Of a stretch of DNA of 64,000 bases, positions 1 to 12,190 are shown piece by piece. Numbering within the stretch: position 1 is the first letter of the stretch; each line of letters opens with the position of its first letter. Source of the stretch: Octopus bimaculoides. Lineage: Eukaryota. The notes under the pieces were generated by a model that made no database searches, was not told the origin of the DNA, and was given only the letters and a program-made list of their open reading frames with translations. The stretch spans positions 40,327,765 through 40,391,764 of the forward strand of contig NC_068994.1 in assembly GCF_001194135.2 (NCBI RefSeq), written 5' to 3'. Both the position numbers and the translations under genes were made by a program.

Positions 1-254
1 AAAATAAATAAATGAAAAATGAAAATATAAAAATATAAGGCACATAAAAAGCCTACAAACAGTATATAAGGTCATACAAATAGTTTTAGACACTCCAACA
101 CACATGTCTGTGTCTGTGTACATAACCATACTTATATATCAAAGGATCCAAAAGCATATATAGATGAGTACATATGTGTGTCCAGATGTATGTCAACAGT
201 CACTGCCACCACATGTGAGGGGGAATATACATATATGATTGAGAAGACTCAGCA

Positions 255-746
255 AGTCAAGTGAGACTGTAACTGTGGCCTATGCCAGTTCAGCATAACC
301 AGCCCATTTAAGAGTACCCTTTAATCATTGGGTAATAAACTGTGCTTGCGAAGACCTGTTGAGGCAAGAGAAATCATTGTTGAGGACGATGACAGTACCG
401 CCTGATTGGCACCCATGCTGGTGGCTCATAAAAAGCACCATTTGAGTGTGGTTGATGTCAGTGCCAGCTGACTGGTCTTGTGCCAGTGGCACGTAAAAAG
501 CACCATTCAAGTGTGGTTGATGCCAGTACTGTGTGACTGACCCTCATGCTGGTGGCACATAAATAGCACCCACTACACTCTAGAGTGGTTGGCGTTAGCA
601 AGGGCACCCCGCTGTAGAAACTTTGCCAGATCAGATTGGACCCTGGTACAGCCTTCTGGCTTGCCAACCCTCAGTCAACCCGTCCAATCTATACCAGCAT
701 GGAAAGCGAACATTAAACGACTGCGACAATGATGATGATGATGATG
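255..746 (+). mobile_element. 3' UTR and (GAT)n tail of an RTE-clade LINE, with internal ~65-bp subrepeats
   Basis: Collinear with the 3' UTR following the RT C-terminus in the copies at 29857-30720 and 39504-40387 (cccactacactc...gtggttggcgttag...cagcatggaaa...ttaaacga-(tga)n). Confidence 0.8.
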
Positions 747-1265
747 TATGTATATGTGTGTGTGTGTGTGTATGTGTGTGTGTGGGCGTATGTGTGTTGA
801 TATCATAAGAAGATGATGCATCAATTTTAAGTTTCTCTAAACAGAAAAAAATAATGCATTTTTATTTATTTATTGTTTTTCGCCTACACACAAAAACCGT
901 ACCAAAATAATTGTATTTTTTACACGAAGTGTACAATAAATAACAACGTATTTATTCTAACTGATGTAGAGTAAGAGATTTTGTTATTTTCACCACTACA
1001 AATTATGTCCCTTGGTTTATACCCTGGCAATAAACTTATCAACTGCCTTTCGGCTTCCCATTGGTACAGTTGATTGCAGACGCTTAAAAAATAATTGGAT
1101 GGCATTTGATACTGTCATTTATATATCATAGGTGAAATGTTGGAATTAGTCTTCAGCATTGAATATCATAAACTAAAATATAATTACACCAACTATTTTA
1201 TTTTTGACTACTATTTTCAACAAAATAAATTCTTTTACTAATATATGTTTGTAAATGTGTGTGTG

Positions 1266-1310
<45 letters not shown>

Positions 1311-1689
1311 ACGTTTCTGTGAGTGTGTGTGCACATGCACATTTCTGTGAGAGTGTGTGTGTGTGTGTGTGTGTGCATTTGTGGAAGTGTGTGTGCTAGT
1401 GTTACATATCCATAAACATTAATACAAATGTAAGTATATGCATGGTTGTGTGTATATGTTTGCATGCATGTGTGTGTACACAAACATTTATGTGAACATA
1501 CACACACACACACACACACCATTGTGTGTATTCAATAAATTATTGTGTATGATATTTTGATATAAAGCTAATTTAAAATATATGTACAATTAAATTTCTG
1601 AATATACTGATAACAACATAATTTGTATGTGCAAAAATATATAATAAATAGATATACGAGTGTGTATGCATGTGTATATGAATACATAC

Positions 1690-1754
<65 letters not shown>

Positions 1755-1899
1755 NNNNNNNNNNNNNNNNNNNNNNNNNNNNNNNNNNNNNNNNNNNNNN
1801 NNNNNNNNNNNNNNNNNNNNNNNNNNNNNNNNNNNNNNNNNNNNNNNNNNNNNNNNNNNNNNNNNNNNNNNNNNNNNNNNNNNNNNNNNNNNNNNNNNN

Positions 1900-1947
<48 letters not shown>

Positions 1948-2434
1948 GATATATGGGTGCTTGTGTGCATAAGCAAATCCACATATGCTTTCAATAAAGA
2001 AAATTATGAACATTGTTTTGTGATCGACGGAACCTTCCACTTGTGTATCACCTTTAAAGGCGAGACAAATCTGTTACCAAAAGCACCACACTCCGATTAT
2101 GTCCCCTTCTCTTTAAAATTGCATTGAAATATCTGTCTTCTTTGAATAGGCATCTCAGCTACCCCCCATGCCTTCACCCATTCCTTTGTAATTCATTAGT
2201 CACTTATGTTCAATGTAGCAAGACCTCATTTCTTGATTTTCTGCATTGATAATAATATAAATAGTAATAGGATGAATAATATTTGTATTACAAAAAATAT
2301 AATATAATAAATAATCTTATGATACCTTATAAAATAAAGCTTAAACTTTTTTTATAAAGAATATTTAAGTATTAGATATATCTTTGAGCATCAAGTTGTA
2401 GTTGAAAATAATGGAATTTGAAGGATTTAAGTAA

Positions 2435-2655
2435 CCCTTGACTAGCTGTGGGTATGGTTTTCATTTATTTTTACATTTAGTACATCAGTTTTTATAAAGG
2501 AATTTTAAAGAAACATTGCTCATATAGTACTTAATATTGTCTCCTCTCTCTCTCTCTACTTCTCTTTCAAATATATGCACATATATATATATACATGTGT
2601 GTTTCTTGTGTGCTTGTATTTAAAATGTTTGTTTGACTTTATGTCTGTATGTACT

Positions 2656-2690
<35 letters not shown>

Positions 2691-2736
2691 ATATGCATGC
2701 TGATATATATGCATATATGTGTATATATGTATGTGT

Positions 2737-2788
<52 letters not shown>

Positions 2789-2998
2789 NNNNNNNNNNNN
2801 NNNNNNNNNNNNNNNNNNNNNNNNNNNNNNNNNNNNCCCTTGACTAGCTGTGGGTATGGTTTTCATTTATTTTTACATTTAGTACATCAGTTTTTATAAA
2901 GGAATTTTAAAGAAACATTGCTCATATAGTACTTAATATTGTCTCCTCTCTCTCTCTCTACTTCTCTTTCAAATATATGCACATATATATATATACAT
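2435..2998. repeat. Exact 162-bp direct duplication (2435-2596 = 2837-2998) spanning an N gap
   Basis: Identical sequence from cccttgactagctgtggg to atatacat on both sides of the gap at 2789-2836. Confidence 0.9.
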
Positions 2999-2999
2999 A

Positions 3000-3118
3000 T
3001 GTACGACGGGCTTCTTTCAGTTTCCGTCTACCAAATCCACTCACAAGGCTTTGGTCGGCCCGAGGCTGTAGTAGAAGACACTTGTCCAAGGTGCCATACA
3101 GTGGGACTGAAACCACTT
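3000..3118 (-). mobile_element. tRNA-derived SINE family A, head and central fragment
   Basis: cgacgggcttctttcagtttccgtctaccaaatccactcacaaggctttggtcggcccgagg...gtgggactgaa, shared with copies at 22020-22113, 33634-33791 and 35615-35768. Confidence 0.8.
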
Positions 3119-3310
3119 CGTTACTATGGCAACAGTACGGATACTTATTGATCATACCTCATATACATGCATATATATATATATACACACACACATACAA
3201 ATCTCTTGTGTGGGTCTGTGTATGTCTGTATGCGTTTGAGAATGTGTGTGCAAGTATGTGGGTGGGGCAGTGTGTGGGTTTGAGTGTTTTTCTCTTTATA
3301 AGATCAGTGA

Positions 3311-3760
3311 ATGTGTTGGTAGCCAGCTGGAAAAGATGTTTACCTAGGGCTAAATTGTAGTAACATCATCCTAAGCAGGACTGCCACTTTACATTGGCAA
3401 ATATACTTTAATATCCAGTACTGTTACTACATATTTCTCCCTCAGAGATTTAAAACTAGTTGTTTTTCTCTTTACAAGATCAGTGACTGTGTGTCACTTT
3501 AAAAATATATACTGTTTGCAAGGGGAGTCCCTACCATCTCTAGCCAGCGATTGTCCTGCACCAAGGAAGGGAAATAATCCAGAAACCATTAGTCTGCAAG
3601 TATTGCTAAGGCTGCAGGGGGAACATTAGCTCCCTTGCTCACAGTATACAGACACGGATGATGTGTTGGTAGCCAGCTGGAAAAGATGTTTTCCTGGGAC
3701 TAAATAGTAGTATCATCATCCCAAACAGGACTGCCACTTTACGTTGGCAAATAGACTTTA
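3311..3760. repeat. Two 100-bp direct repeats (3311-3410, 3661-3760), 350 bp apart
   Basis: 9 mismatches in 100 bp by manual alignment. Confidence 0.85.
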
Positions 3761-3799
3761 CTGTATATATATATATATATATATATATACTGTATATAT

Positions 3800-3989
3800 G
3801 TTTTGAACTTTTGGCGATTTTCTTTCTCTGTCTTCCCTTCTTTGAACTTTTCCTATATTTCTGATGAAGAGCTCTGCTCAAAATGTGAATTCCTCTTTCC
3901 TTTCCTGATCGTCCAATAACACTGTACTTATTCCACGTCCTCGCATTGTTGTTTTTTCGTGTTTTTTCTTGCTTGTTCATGTTTGAATT

Positions 3990-3992
<3 letters not shown>
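3800..3992 (+). mobile_element. Short Penelope-like non-coding element in (TA)n with a degenerate minimal hammerhead motif
   Basis: CTGATGA-A-GAGC-TCT-GCTC-AAAATGT at 3861-3886. (TA)n on both sides. Same layout as the 28250-28396 element, sharing ttcctga(t/g)cgt downstream of the motif. Confidence 0.6.
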
Positions 3993-4027
<35 letters not shown>

Positions 4028-4589
4028 TTACAATTATAGTTAGAATCATATAATCATTGACACACTGAATGAGCAACAAGTCACCATAGAAATTAGGGCT
4101 CAGTTTTCACCCACATGAAACATCCATTCCCATACACTGCAGTGTGTTAATCATCAACACAAACTTCAGCTATAACATTGTAACAAGATCTGTATATATT
4201 TGCCATTAACAAGAAAGCAGTAAACAAGTTATTCATATTTCAGATATTTCGTTACAAATGTTTCTACAATCAATAATCAATCAAATCAATAGCAGATTAT
4301 TTCATCAGACAACAGTACCAATACATGTATCCATACATTTAAACATACATACCTACTCTCTCTCCCTGTCTCTCCCTCTTCAGAATATATATATGTATAT
4401 GTATATGTATATATGTATGTATACACATATAATCACATATTTCAATACTTTTCTATTTTACATTTGTGTGTGTGTGTATTTATAAGAATATCTTCTTTCA
4501 ATTTGTGAAACCAGCTGAATAAATACCAATAAAATAAAAATCACTCTAAATGGCATTTTATCCATTATTATGGTATTAACCACTGACCA

Positions 4590-4845
4590 GGTGCATTGGG
4601 AACAGTAAGCAAAGATATAGACAAATGGCTGAAGGAGATTGGAAGAGAATGACCACTAGAGCTCCTACAGAAAGTTTGTCTCTTAGGGACAGCAAGGATT
4701 ATCAGAAGGGTTCTAAGCACTTGAAAGACTACTGAAAACTTGTGGATACCTAAGGTCACAGATAGTAACCCACTACTCATAAATCCTACCAGGAATAGGA
4801 CCAAACCTGAGCCAAACCAAAAATGATAATAATTATAATAATGAT
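4590..4845 (+). mobile_element. 3' end of an RLE-type non-LTR retrotransposon (R4/Dong-like), decayed
   Basis: 4590-4724 translates GALGTVSKDIDKWLKEIGRE*PLELLQKVCLLGTARIIRRVLST*, resembling the C-terminus of RLE-encoding LINEs. Followed by a short UTR and an (AAT)-rich tail. Confidence 0.7.
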
Positions 4846-4967
4846 GATTTCATTTATTTGCCACCAGGGCAAAATATGGGGGGGGGGGTCAATACAGAGA
4901 TGGACATAAAGTACAGGGGTTTACATATAATGATAAAATGATCATGAAAAATAAATGTAAGTATACC

Positions 4968-4974
4968 TAGTATA

Positions 4975-5071
<97 letters not shown>

Positions 5072-5105
5072 CAACAACAACAACAGCAACAACAACAACA
5101 ATAAT
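4968..5105. repeat. (AAT)n/(AAC)n microsatellite
   Basis: Direct reading. Source of the poly-I/Y/C ORFs. Confidence 0.95.
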
Positions 5106-5189
5106 GACTGGAAACATTAGCTGGTGTGTAGACACTAAGAACTTTCATTTTTCTCTTGATTGTTAAATTACTAATGCTCTATGAAAAAG

Positions 5190-5238
<49 letters not shown>

Positions 5239-5639
5239 ATGCATTCCATGAATTTCTTCTCGACTGTGATTCTTTTCCATGTATAAGAAATGACTCGCTT
5301 TGCAAAATGTTTAATATATTAATATATTAATATATTAATATATCTCAGGTTATGTCATGCTGAAGATTTTTAAAAAGTATGAAATAGTGCTATATATGAT
5401 TATCACAGACTAGAAATTTCTAGATTTTCATAAGTGAAGTGAGCAAACAATAAAAATAATGAGAAAAGGTTACATATGTGTATTCTATGCATTTTTTTCA
5501 TTGATCTGTAGCTTCAAATTCAAATTTCTAAACCCACCGAAAATTTTCTGAAGGAATGATTACCTCCCTTGTAATGACAGTCAGTTAGAGCAGTGCTTTT
5601 CAAACTATCTGATGTGGCTCAAAGCCTGAAACTTTATGG

Positions 5640-5809
5640 GAGGTAGTTAGTTGAACATCAACGCCAGTGTACAACAGGTATTTATTTTATTTACTCAGAA
5701 AGTATGAAAGGCAAAGTTAATCTCGATGGAATCTGAACTCAGAACATAATGCTTGTAGAAATGTCACTAAGCAATTTATGGTAACAATCCGGCCAGCTCA
5801 TTGCCCTTA

Positions 5810-5810
<1 letters not shown>
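5640..5810 (-). mobile_element. tRNA-derived SINE family B (central domain gcctttcatcc...gataaaataagtaccag type)
   Basis: Reverse complement of the family seen on + at 28490-28700, 43478-43690 and 53945-54150. Confidence 0.65.
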
Positions 5811-5860
<50 letters not shown>

Positions 5861-5868
5861 TTAATAAT

Positions 5869-5912
<44 letters not shown>

Positions 5913-5931
5913 TAATAATAATAATAATAAA

Positions 5932-6480
5932 TGCCCTAATGCAGTACCAGGCAGTGACTCTCATATCTTTTGAACTGATTGGAAATGGTATCATATACAT
6001 TGTTTTGTCTTAGTATAAAAGATGGGCTACAGAAAATGTTTTACTCAATACCACAGATTTGCTTGTCAGCTGTTTGACTTTAACCATGTGAGTATGTCCC
6101 TTAGTGGCTGACAATATGTGCATCTCTGATCATGAGCAGAAGTAGCGGGGAGCATCATAGCCATGTGTTGAGGGAATTCTTTAAGGTTTGAATAATTCAC
6201 CTCTGGAAACATGGGTGTTTTGTTCATCATCCTCAAAACAAACCTTATTCAAGGACCTTTTGAGTGGGATGGTCTACTCAGCCAGAAGAAAATTCTAACT
6301 GGGCCCCACCTGTAAAGTCATGCACTGTTTAACTTGACATGAGATCACCATGTTGTGCACATATGGTTGTGATGCATGTGCCTGGTGTACCCTTATCAGA
6401 CGGGTAGTCATGATGGGTATATTGGGCTTCGTATATTTGTACCCCAGTGTCACTTTGATGGCATGTGCTGCTTCACAATT
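5932..6480. mobile_element. ~540-bp interspersed repeat embedded in (AAT)n, copy 1
   Basis: Collinear with 7205-7560 (aaaagatgggct...gcatctctgatcat...cctctggaaa and gtagtcatgatgggtatattgggcttcgtatatttgta). (AAT)-rich sequence on both flanks. Confidence 0.8.
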
Positions 6481-6625
6481 AAAAAAAATAATAAAATAAA
6501 CAATAATAATTGGCATTTAAGGTTACTTGTTGTAGCCTGATGTTAGGAATTTTTCTTTTCTGACAGTCTAATCTGATGTGCGTATATGAATAATAATGAT
6601 AATGATAATAATAATAATGATATAC

Positions 6626-6684
<59 letters not shown>

Positions 6685-7204
6685 TGTGATTTCTTTAAAT
6701 TGATCACAAGGGCTTAAGATGTCATAAAACGTTCAAAGTTAAAATACAAAGCAAGAGGCAGAGGTTTTCTACACCTATCAGTCCTCTTTGGGGTCCCACT
6801 ATTTATGCCTCATCTCATCCCCAGTCAGCACTGTATTTAGTTTACTCTCTTTTAGCTCCATTAACAAATTAATCAGTCAGTAATTAACCTCTTAAACTGA
6901 GTTAATATTAATATGTCTTTCTATTCCTAATTCTCTCATTCTCTAGCAAAGGGTTCTGCACTACATGTTAGGACATCTTTTTTTCTTTTGTGGCAACTAA
7001 ACCGTACAAATCCTCTTAGATTTACTATCTTCAGTGTTGCCAACACTTACTATTACCATACCATTGATGGCCTACCGATGTATACAGTGAATTTCTTTGC
7101 CCTAGGTGTTGGAAAGACACTCAGCAAGAAATGGAAACAAAATCGAAGGAAAAAGACAATAATAATAATGATAATAATAATAATAATCATAGCAACAACA
7201 ATAA

Positions 7205-7560
7205 TAATAATTTCATGGCTTCTGATCTTCACTGATTGAAAATGTTAACATGCACATGTTTTGTCTTATTGTAAAAGATGGGCTGCAGCAAATATTTTGC
7301 TCAATACCTCACATTTGCTTGTCAGTTGCTTGATCTTAACCAGTTGAGCATGTCCTTTGGTGGCTGATAGTTATGTGCATCTCTGATCATGTGTAGGAGT
7401 AGAAGGGGGTGTGTGCATCATAGCCATATGTTGAGAGGAATTCTTTGAGGTTTGAACAATTTACCTCTGGAAAGATGATATACAATATATCTATTATGAC
7501 AGGTAGTCATGATGGGTATATTGGGCTTCGTATATTTGTAAACCAGCATCACTCTCTCAT
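7205..7560. mobile_element. Second, internally deleted copy of the (AAT)n-embedded repeat
   Basis: Matches 5955-6215, then jumps to the 6405-6450 equivalent. (AAT)n on both flanks. Confidence 0.8.
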
Positions 7561-7562
7561 TC

Positions 7563-7600
<38 letters not shown>

Positions 7601-7704
7601 TAATAAAAAAAAATAATAATAATAATGAAGAGGAGGAGAAGGAAGAGGAGGTTGTGGTGGTGGTGTGGTAGAGGAGGAATAAGAGGAAGAAGAGGAATGA
7701 TGAT

Positions 7705-7772
<68 letters not shown>

Positions 7773-7783
7773 TGATAATAATA

Positions 7784-7844
<61 letters not shown>

Positions 7845-7850
7845 TTAATA
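7560..7850. repeat. (AAT)n with (GAG/GAA) interruptions
   Basis: Direct reading. Confidence 0.9.
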
Positions 7851-8379
7851 ATATCTGACAGGTACTTAATTTTTACAACTACTCAAGAAAATCAATAACA
7901 AAGTTAACTGGTGGGTTTGAACTCAGAATGTAAAGGCTGTAACTCAATTTGACATGCATTAAGCCCAGTGCTCTATCAATTCTGTAAGAAGAATGAGAAG
8001 AAAAACAGAAAGCAAAAATATGATGTATAAGTAATGTAAACACGTGTTATGTGTCATTGAATTGTGATAGTGTTGCAAATCTTAGCTTGATCTGTTTCAG
8101 TTATGCCGCTAATGCTCTTAGAAGAAAGAGGATTTCATGCAACTATTTCAAGTTTGCCCAGGGATAACTGAAATTTATATACTCGAGGTTTAATAATCAG
8201 TTGAGGAATCTGAAACAGATAATCCAGTGAAATAGGAAAAACATGTAGATTAGAAGGAGATGTGAAGCAAGATGTTTCCACCACCAAAAAGAGAAAAGCA
8301 ATGAAATATATAAAATTAAAGAATGACATCTAGAGATCCAAGATATAAGAACATATCTATCTATCTATGTCTGTCTATC

Positions 8380-8424
<45 letters not shown>

Positions 8425-10442
8425 CTAATACTACAGGAAAATTAGAATAGCTAATAATAGTTTCAAATTTTGGCCAGCAATCTTAGGGGATAGGGTAAGT
8501 CAATATCATCAACCCCAAAAGGATAAAAGGTGCAATAGACCTTGGCAGCATTTGAAATCAGAATGCAGAATCAGAAAAAATGTCATGAAACATTTTGTCT
8601 GGTGTGGTAATGATTCAGCCAGCTTGTTTGCTTTAGAACAGTTAATAATAAGGAGTGAATTCAATGTCATAGACAAAATAATAAGCATAAACATTTAACA
8701 ACGCATATAATTATTAATAAATTGTAAAATACAGGTGGGAAAATTAAATCAAGCTGAAATCTATTACTGAAAGAATATACTTGCCACACACTCACTGAGG
8801 AAGAGGCTTCAGTTGATTTTAAAATTGTAACAGAATAACAAAAGATTGTAAAAAAAAGTGTTGGGAAAAGTCCAGAAGAAAACCTATTTTCTTAGTGAAG
8901 CTTCATGCTAGGGAATAAATGACAAGTTATGAACAAAACAATGCAATTACTATATATATACTTGCATGTACACACACAAAGACATAAACACAGAGACGTA
9001 AAAACATACATACATACATACATATGCACATATATATATATGTACTTTATTTAAAATCAGCAGAAATATAACAAACGTGAAACTCTGAGTAACAACTTTT
9101 TGTTATATTTGTGCTGCTTTTAAATAAAGCATATTACTCTACCTCTGGTATTTGAGTACTCTTTTTTCCACCTTGTTTCACATTTATGTGCTTNNNNNNN
9201 NNNNNNNNNNNNNNNNNNNNNNNNNNNNNNNNNNNNNNNNNNNNNNNNNNNNNNNNNNNNNNNNNNNNNNNNNNNNNNNNNNNNNNNNNNNNNNNNNNNN
9301 NNNNNNNNNNNNNNNNNNNNNNNNNNNNNNNNNNNNNNNNNNNNNNNNNNNNNNATAAGATAAGGAAGAAAGTGAATATATCAACATAGAAATTACTTTA
9401 ATACTATTTACAAATGTTTTAATACCATTTTTGTTGCAAACCAAATTGCATACTGATGATTATGTGTGATAAATTACATAAACACTGTATATATTTATCT
9501 ATCACTGAATAGTACAGAGCAGCACATTATCAAACATTTACCAGAACTCGCCTTTACTCCAGTCTTGAAGTCTTAAAGTGTGGATAGTCAGGTGTGTGTA
9601 CTGAGTTCTGCATAAAGAATACACTGATATATTGCCCAACCCAAACACAAACACACACACGAACACACAAACATATATACATACATGTAAATGAATATAA
9701 TGTCATTCAATCTAACCAAGCAAATATATTATCATAAATGTATATCATATAGCATATATTATATTCTAACATGTATCTGGTAGCAGGGTGTATATTACAT
9801 ACACAATTTAGGGGCGGTTAAATGAAAGAATTTCTGTTGAAATTAGTTATACAGCCCCAAGAGACAGACTACATAAGACATGAGCTGTAAATATAAATTT
9901 GAAACATTTATGGACTTCAATCTCCCCCACTTTGCACATAGACAAACCTGCAGCAAAATACCTGAACATGATTACATTTAAACTCAGCTTGAAGCTATAA
10001 ATTATAAATATTTTCTCGAAATACATCAAGAATTTATTTTTTGTTCTTTTTGCAGAATCTACTAAAGAGCTCAATAAATAGCTTAGAGCAATAAAAATTA
10101 ATATGTTATGTTGTCTAAACTGAATTTAAAATAACTCAAGGAAAATTTATCAAATTAAATATATGTAACAGATATTTGAAATATTAACGTGTTTCTGATA
10201 ACTGGGTGTATATTACATAGTTGTGCTGAAACTTATTCAGATATTGGACCAATATAAATTTCATTTGTCCCCTAGATGAAGAACGTTTGTATTTAATATG
10301 TGTATTTAATAAGCTTCCCAGGTAGATATTATGTATTTTAATATATTTGCTCACATAACATTATATTAATTTGTATAGTTCTAACCTATTTCTACTTACA
10401 TACATACAGGCATACATGCATATATATATAAACTGATGTGTG

Positions 10443-10539
<97 letters not shown>

Positions 10540-11127
10540 GTATGTGTATATATATATGTTTATGTATGTATATTTATATATATATATATATATATATATG
10601 TTACATACACATACATATGTATATACTCTGGTGAGGCCTTAATTATTCATAATACAAATTTGAGATGAGCAGGATCAATACACATGATCTCTCTGTATTT
10701 GCTATCATGCAGGTTTGAACTTCAAATGACAATTAATTTGTTGTTATCGTGGTTGGCTAGGCTGCTCAATATTCTCTTTGCCCTAAAGAAGAGTAAGATT
10801 TAATTATTTGTTTTCTGTAGGTTGAATGTGTATTGAGAACTGAAATCCATTGAGAGCGTCTATATAATATGAGAACAGTACAGAAACACTTGATTGCCAT
10901 TAAAAACTACCTCTCATTGATTCTAAACTTAATCCCCCCCCCCCAAAAAAAATACGGTTACACAAGTGCCATGCATCAAGAAGGAAACAGATACCCAATA
11001 ACATAACAAATCTCTGAAATGGGTTGGTTGCCAATTGTGGAAGTGGCAGACAATATGTAAATTAGTTGGTGTTTCTCTCTATGAAATCAACCACAAATGA
11101 TTTTGTTATGATTAATGTAATAATGAT

Positions 11128-11330
11128 TTCAAATTTGGCACAAGACCATTAAGTTCAGAGGTGTGGGGTGGGGAAGGAAAAAGTCAATTTCATTGACCCC
11201 AAGGCTCAAGTGGTACTTATTTTGTCGACCCCAAAAGGATGGCAGTATTTGAACTGAGGACATATAGATGGACAAAATGCCACTAAACACTTTGCCTGGT
11301 GTGCTAATGGTTCTGCCAGCTCGCTGCCAC
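11128..11330 (-). mobile_element. tRNA-derived SINE family B
   Basis: ggtacttattttgtcgaccccaaaaggatg...ttgaactgag...gctaatggttctgccagctcgctgcc, the reverse of the family B head and core. Confidence 0.75.
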
Positions 11331-11559
11331 ACATGAGTAATGTAATAACAACAACAATTTAATTGACATTTCAAGTTCAAATTTATACAATAGTGGCTAA
11401 AAGGAAAATCTATTCCTTGTGTGTTCACAACGGTTATTAATCCTGTGTACTTGCCTCATTATACGTAACTCTCAGTATGCTTGCTTATAATCCGACTGCA
11501 TCTCTTCTGCATCTTTAGTTTAAAATAAATGCATAGAATGTTCATCCTCTCATTTTCTA

Positions 11560-12190
11560 CAAATTGAACACAACCATTTTGCTGATTGTAGCAAGTTTTC
11601 TTCTTTCTTGCTAACTAGAACTTCAGTCTTGGCTAAATTTAATATGATGCCTTTCGATTAGGTTTTGCTCCCAGGTCTGGAATTTCCTTGCCAAATCAAC
11701 TAAGATCTTACTAAAATTCCTTACATAGGAATTTCAACAAACAGATGGTCTTAAGCCCTTCTGATAGGACATCTAAGACTATATTCAACAAGAGGAGACT
11801 GAGAAATGTGCTCTGATGGACCACTATTTGTTTTCTAAAGCCATCACTAAACTCATTGCTAATACTCATTGCTATCTGAATGTTGATACAAACATGGACA
11901 AGCCATTCATCTAACACTAGTTACCATAGGAAGCACAAAATCACAGGGCATGATTTTCAATCAAAATCCTTATATATGTTGAAAAATAACAAGTATAGGG
12001 GGCTTATTCCTTACTAAGTACTTTTCCTTTGGTTGTTTCACAATGAAGATGGCATGGGTAATTCTCTCATTTTTTTGTTTTTGTGTACAAATCCAAACCG
12101 ATCTGATCATCTTGGCTAATTCCCTTATCAATTGATTGTGCAATGACACTTTTCATACCTTTCAAAACCTGATCCAATTGTTTGAGTGTT
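11560..12190 (-). mobile_element. Decayed RTE-clade reverse transcriptase fragment
   Basis: Minus-strand translation gives LDQVLKGMKSVIAQ..., HAIFIVKQPKEKYLVRNKPLYL, DEWLV...VVHQSTFLSLLLLNIVL...KTIC and KFQTWEQNL. These are degenerate versions of RTE RT blocks (TDAIFLVRQLQEKYL, GVHQGSVLSPLLF), with stops and frameshifts. Confidence 0.75.

Noticed and set aside
395-600. CRISPR-like repeat-spacer appearance
   Set aside because: Degenerate units inside a eukaryotic LINE 3' UTR, only 2-3 per copy, no cas genes.
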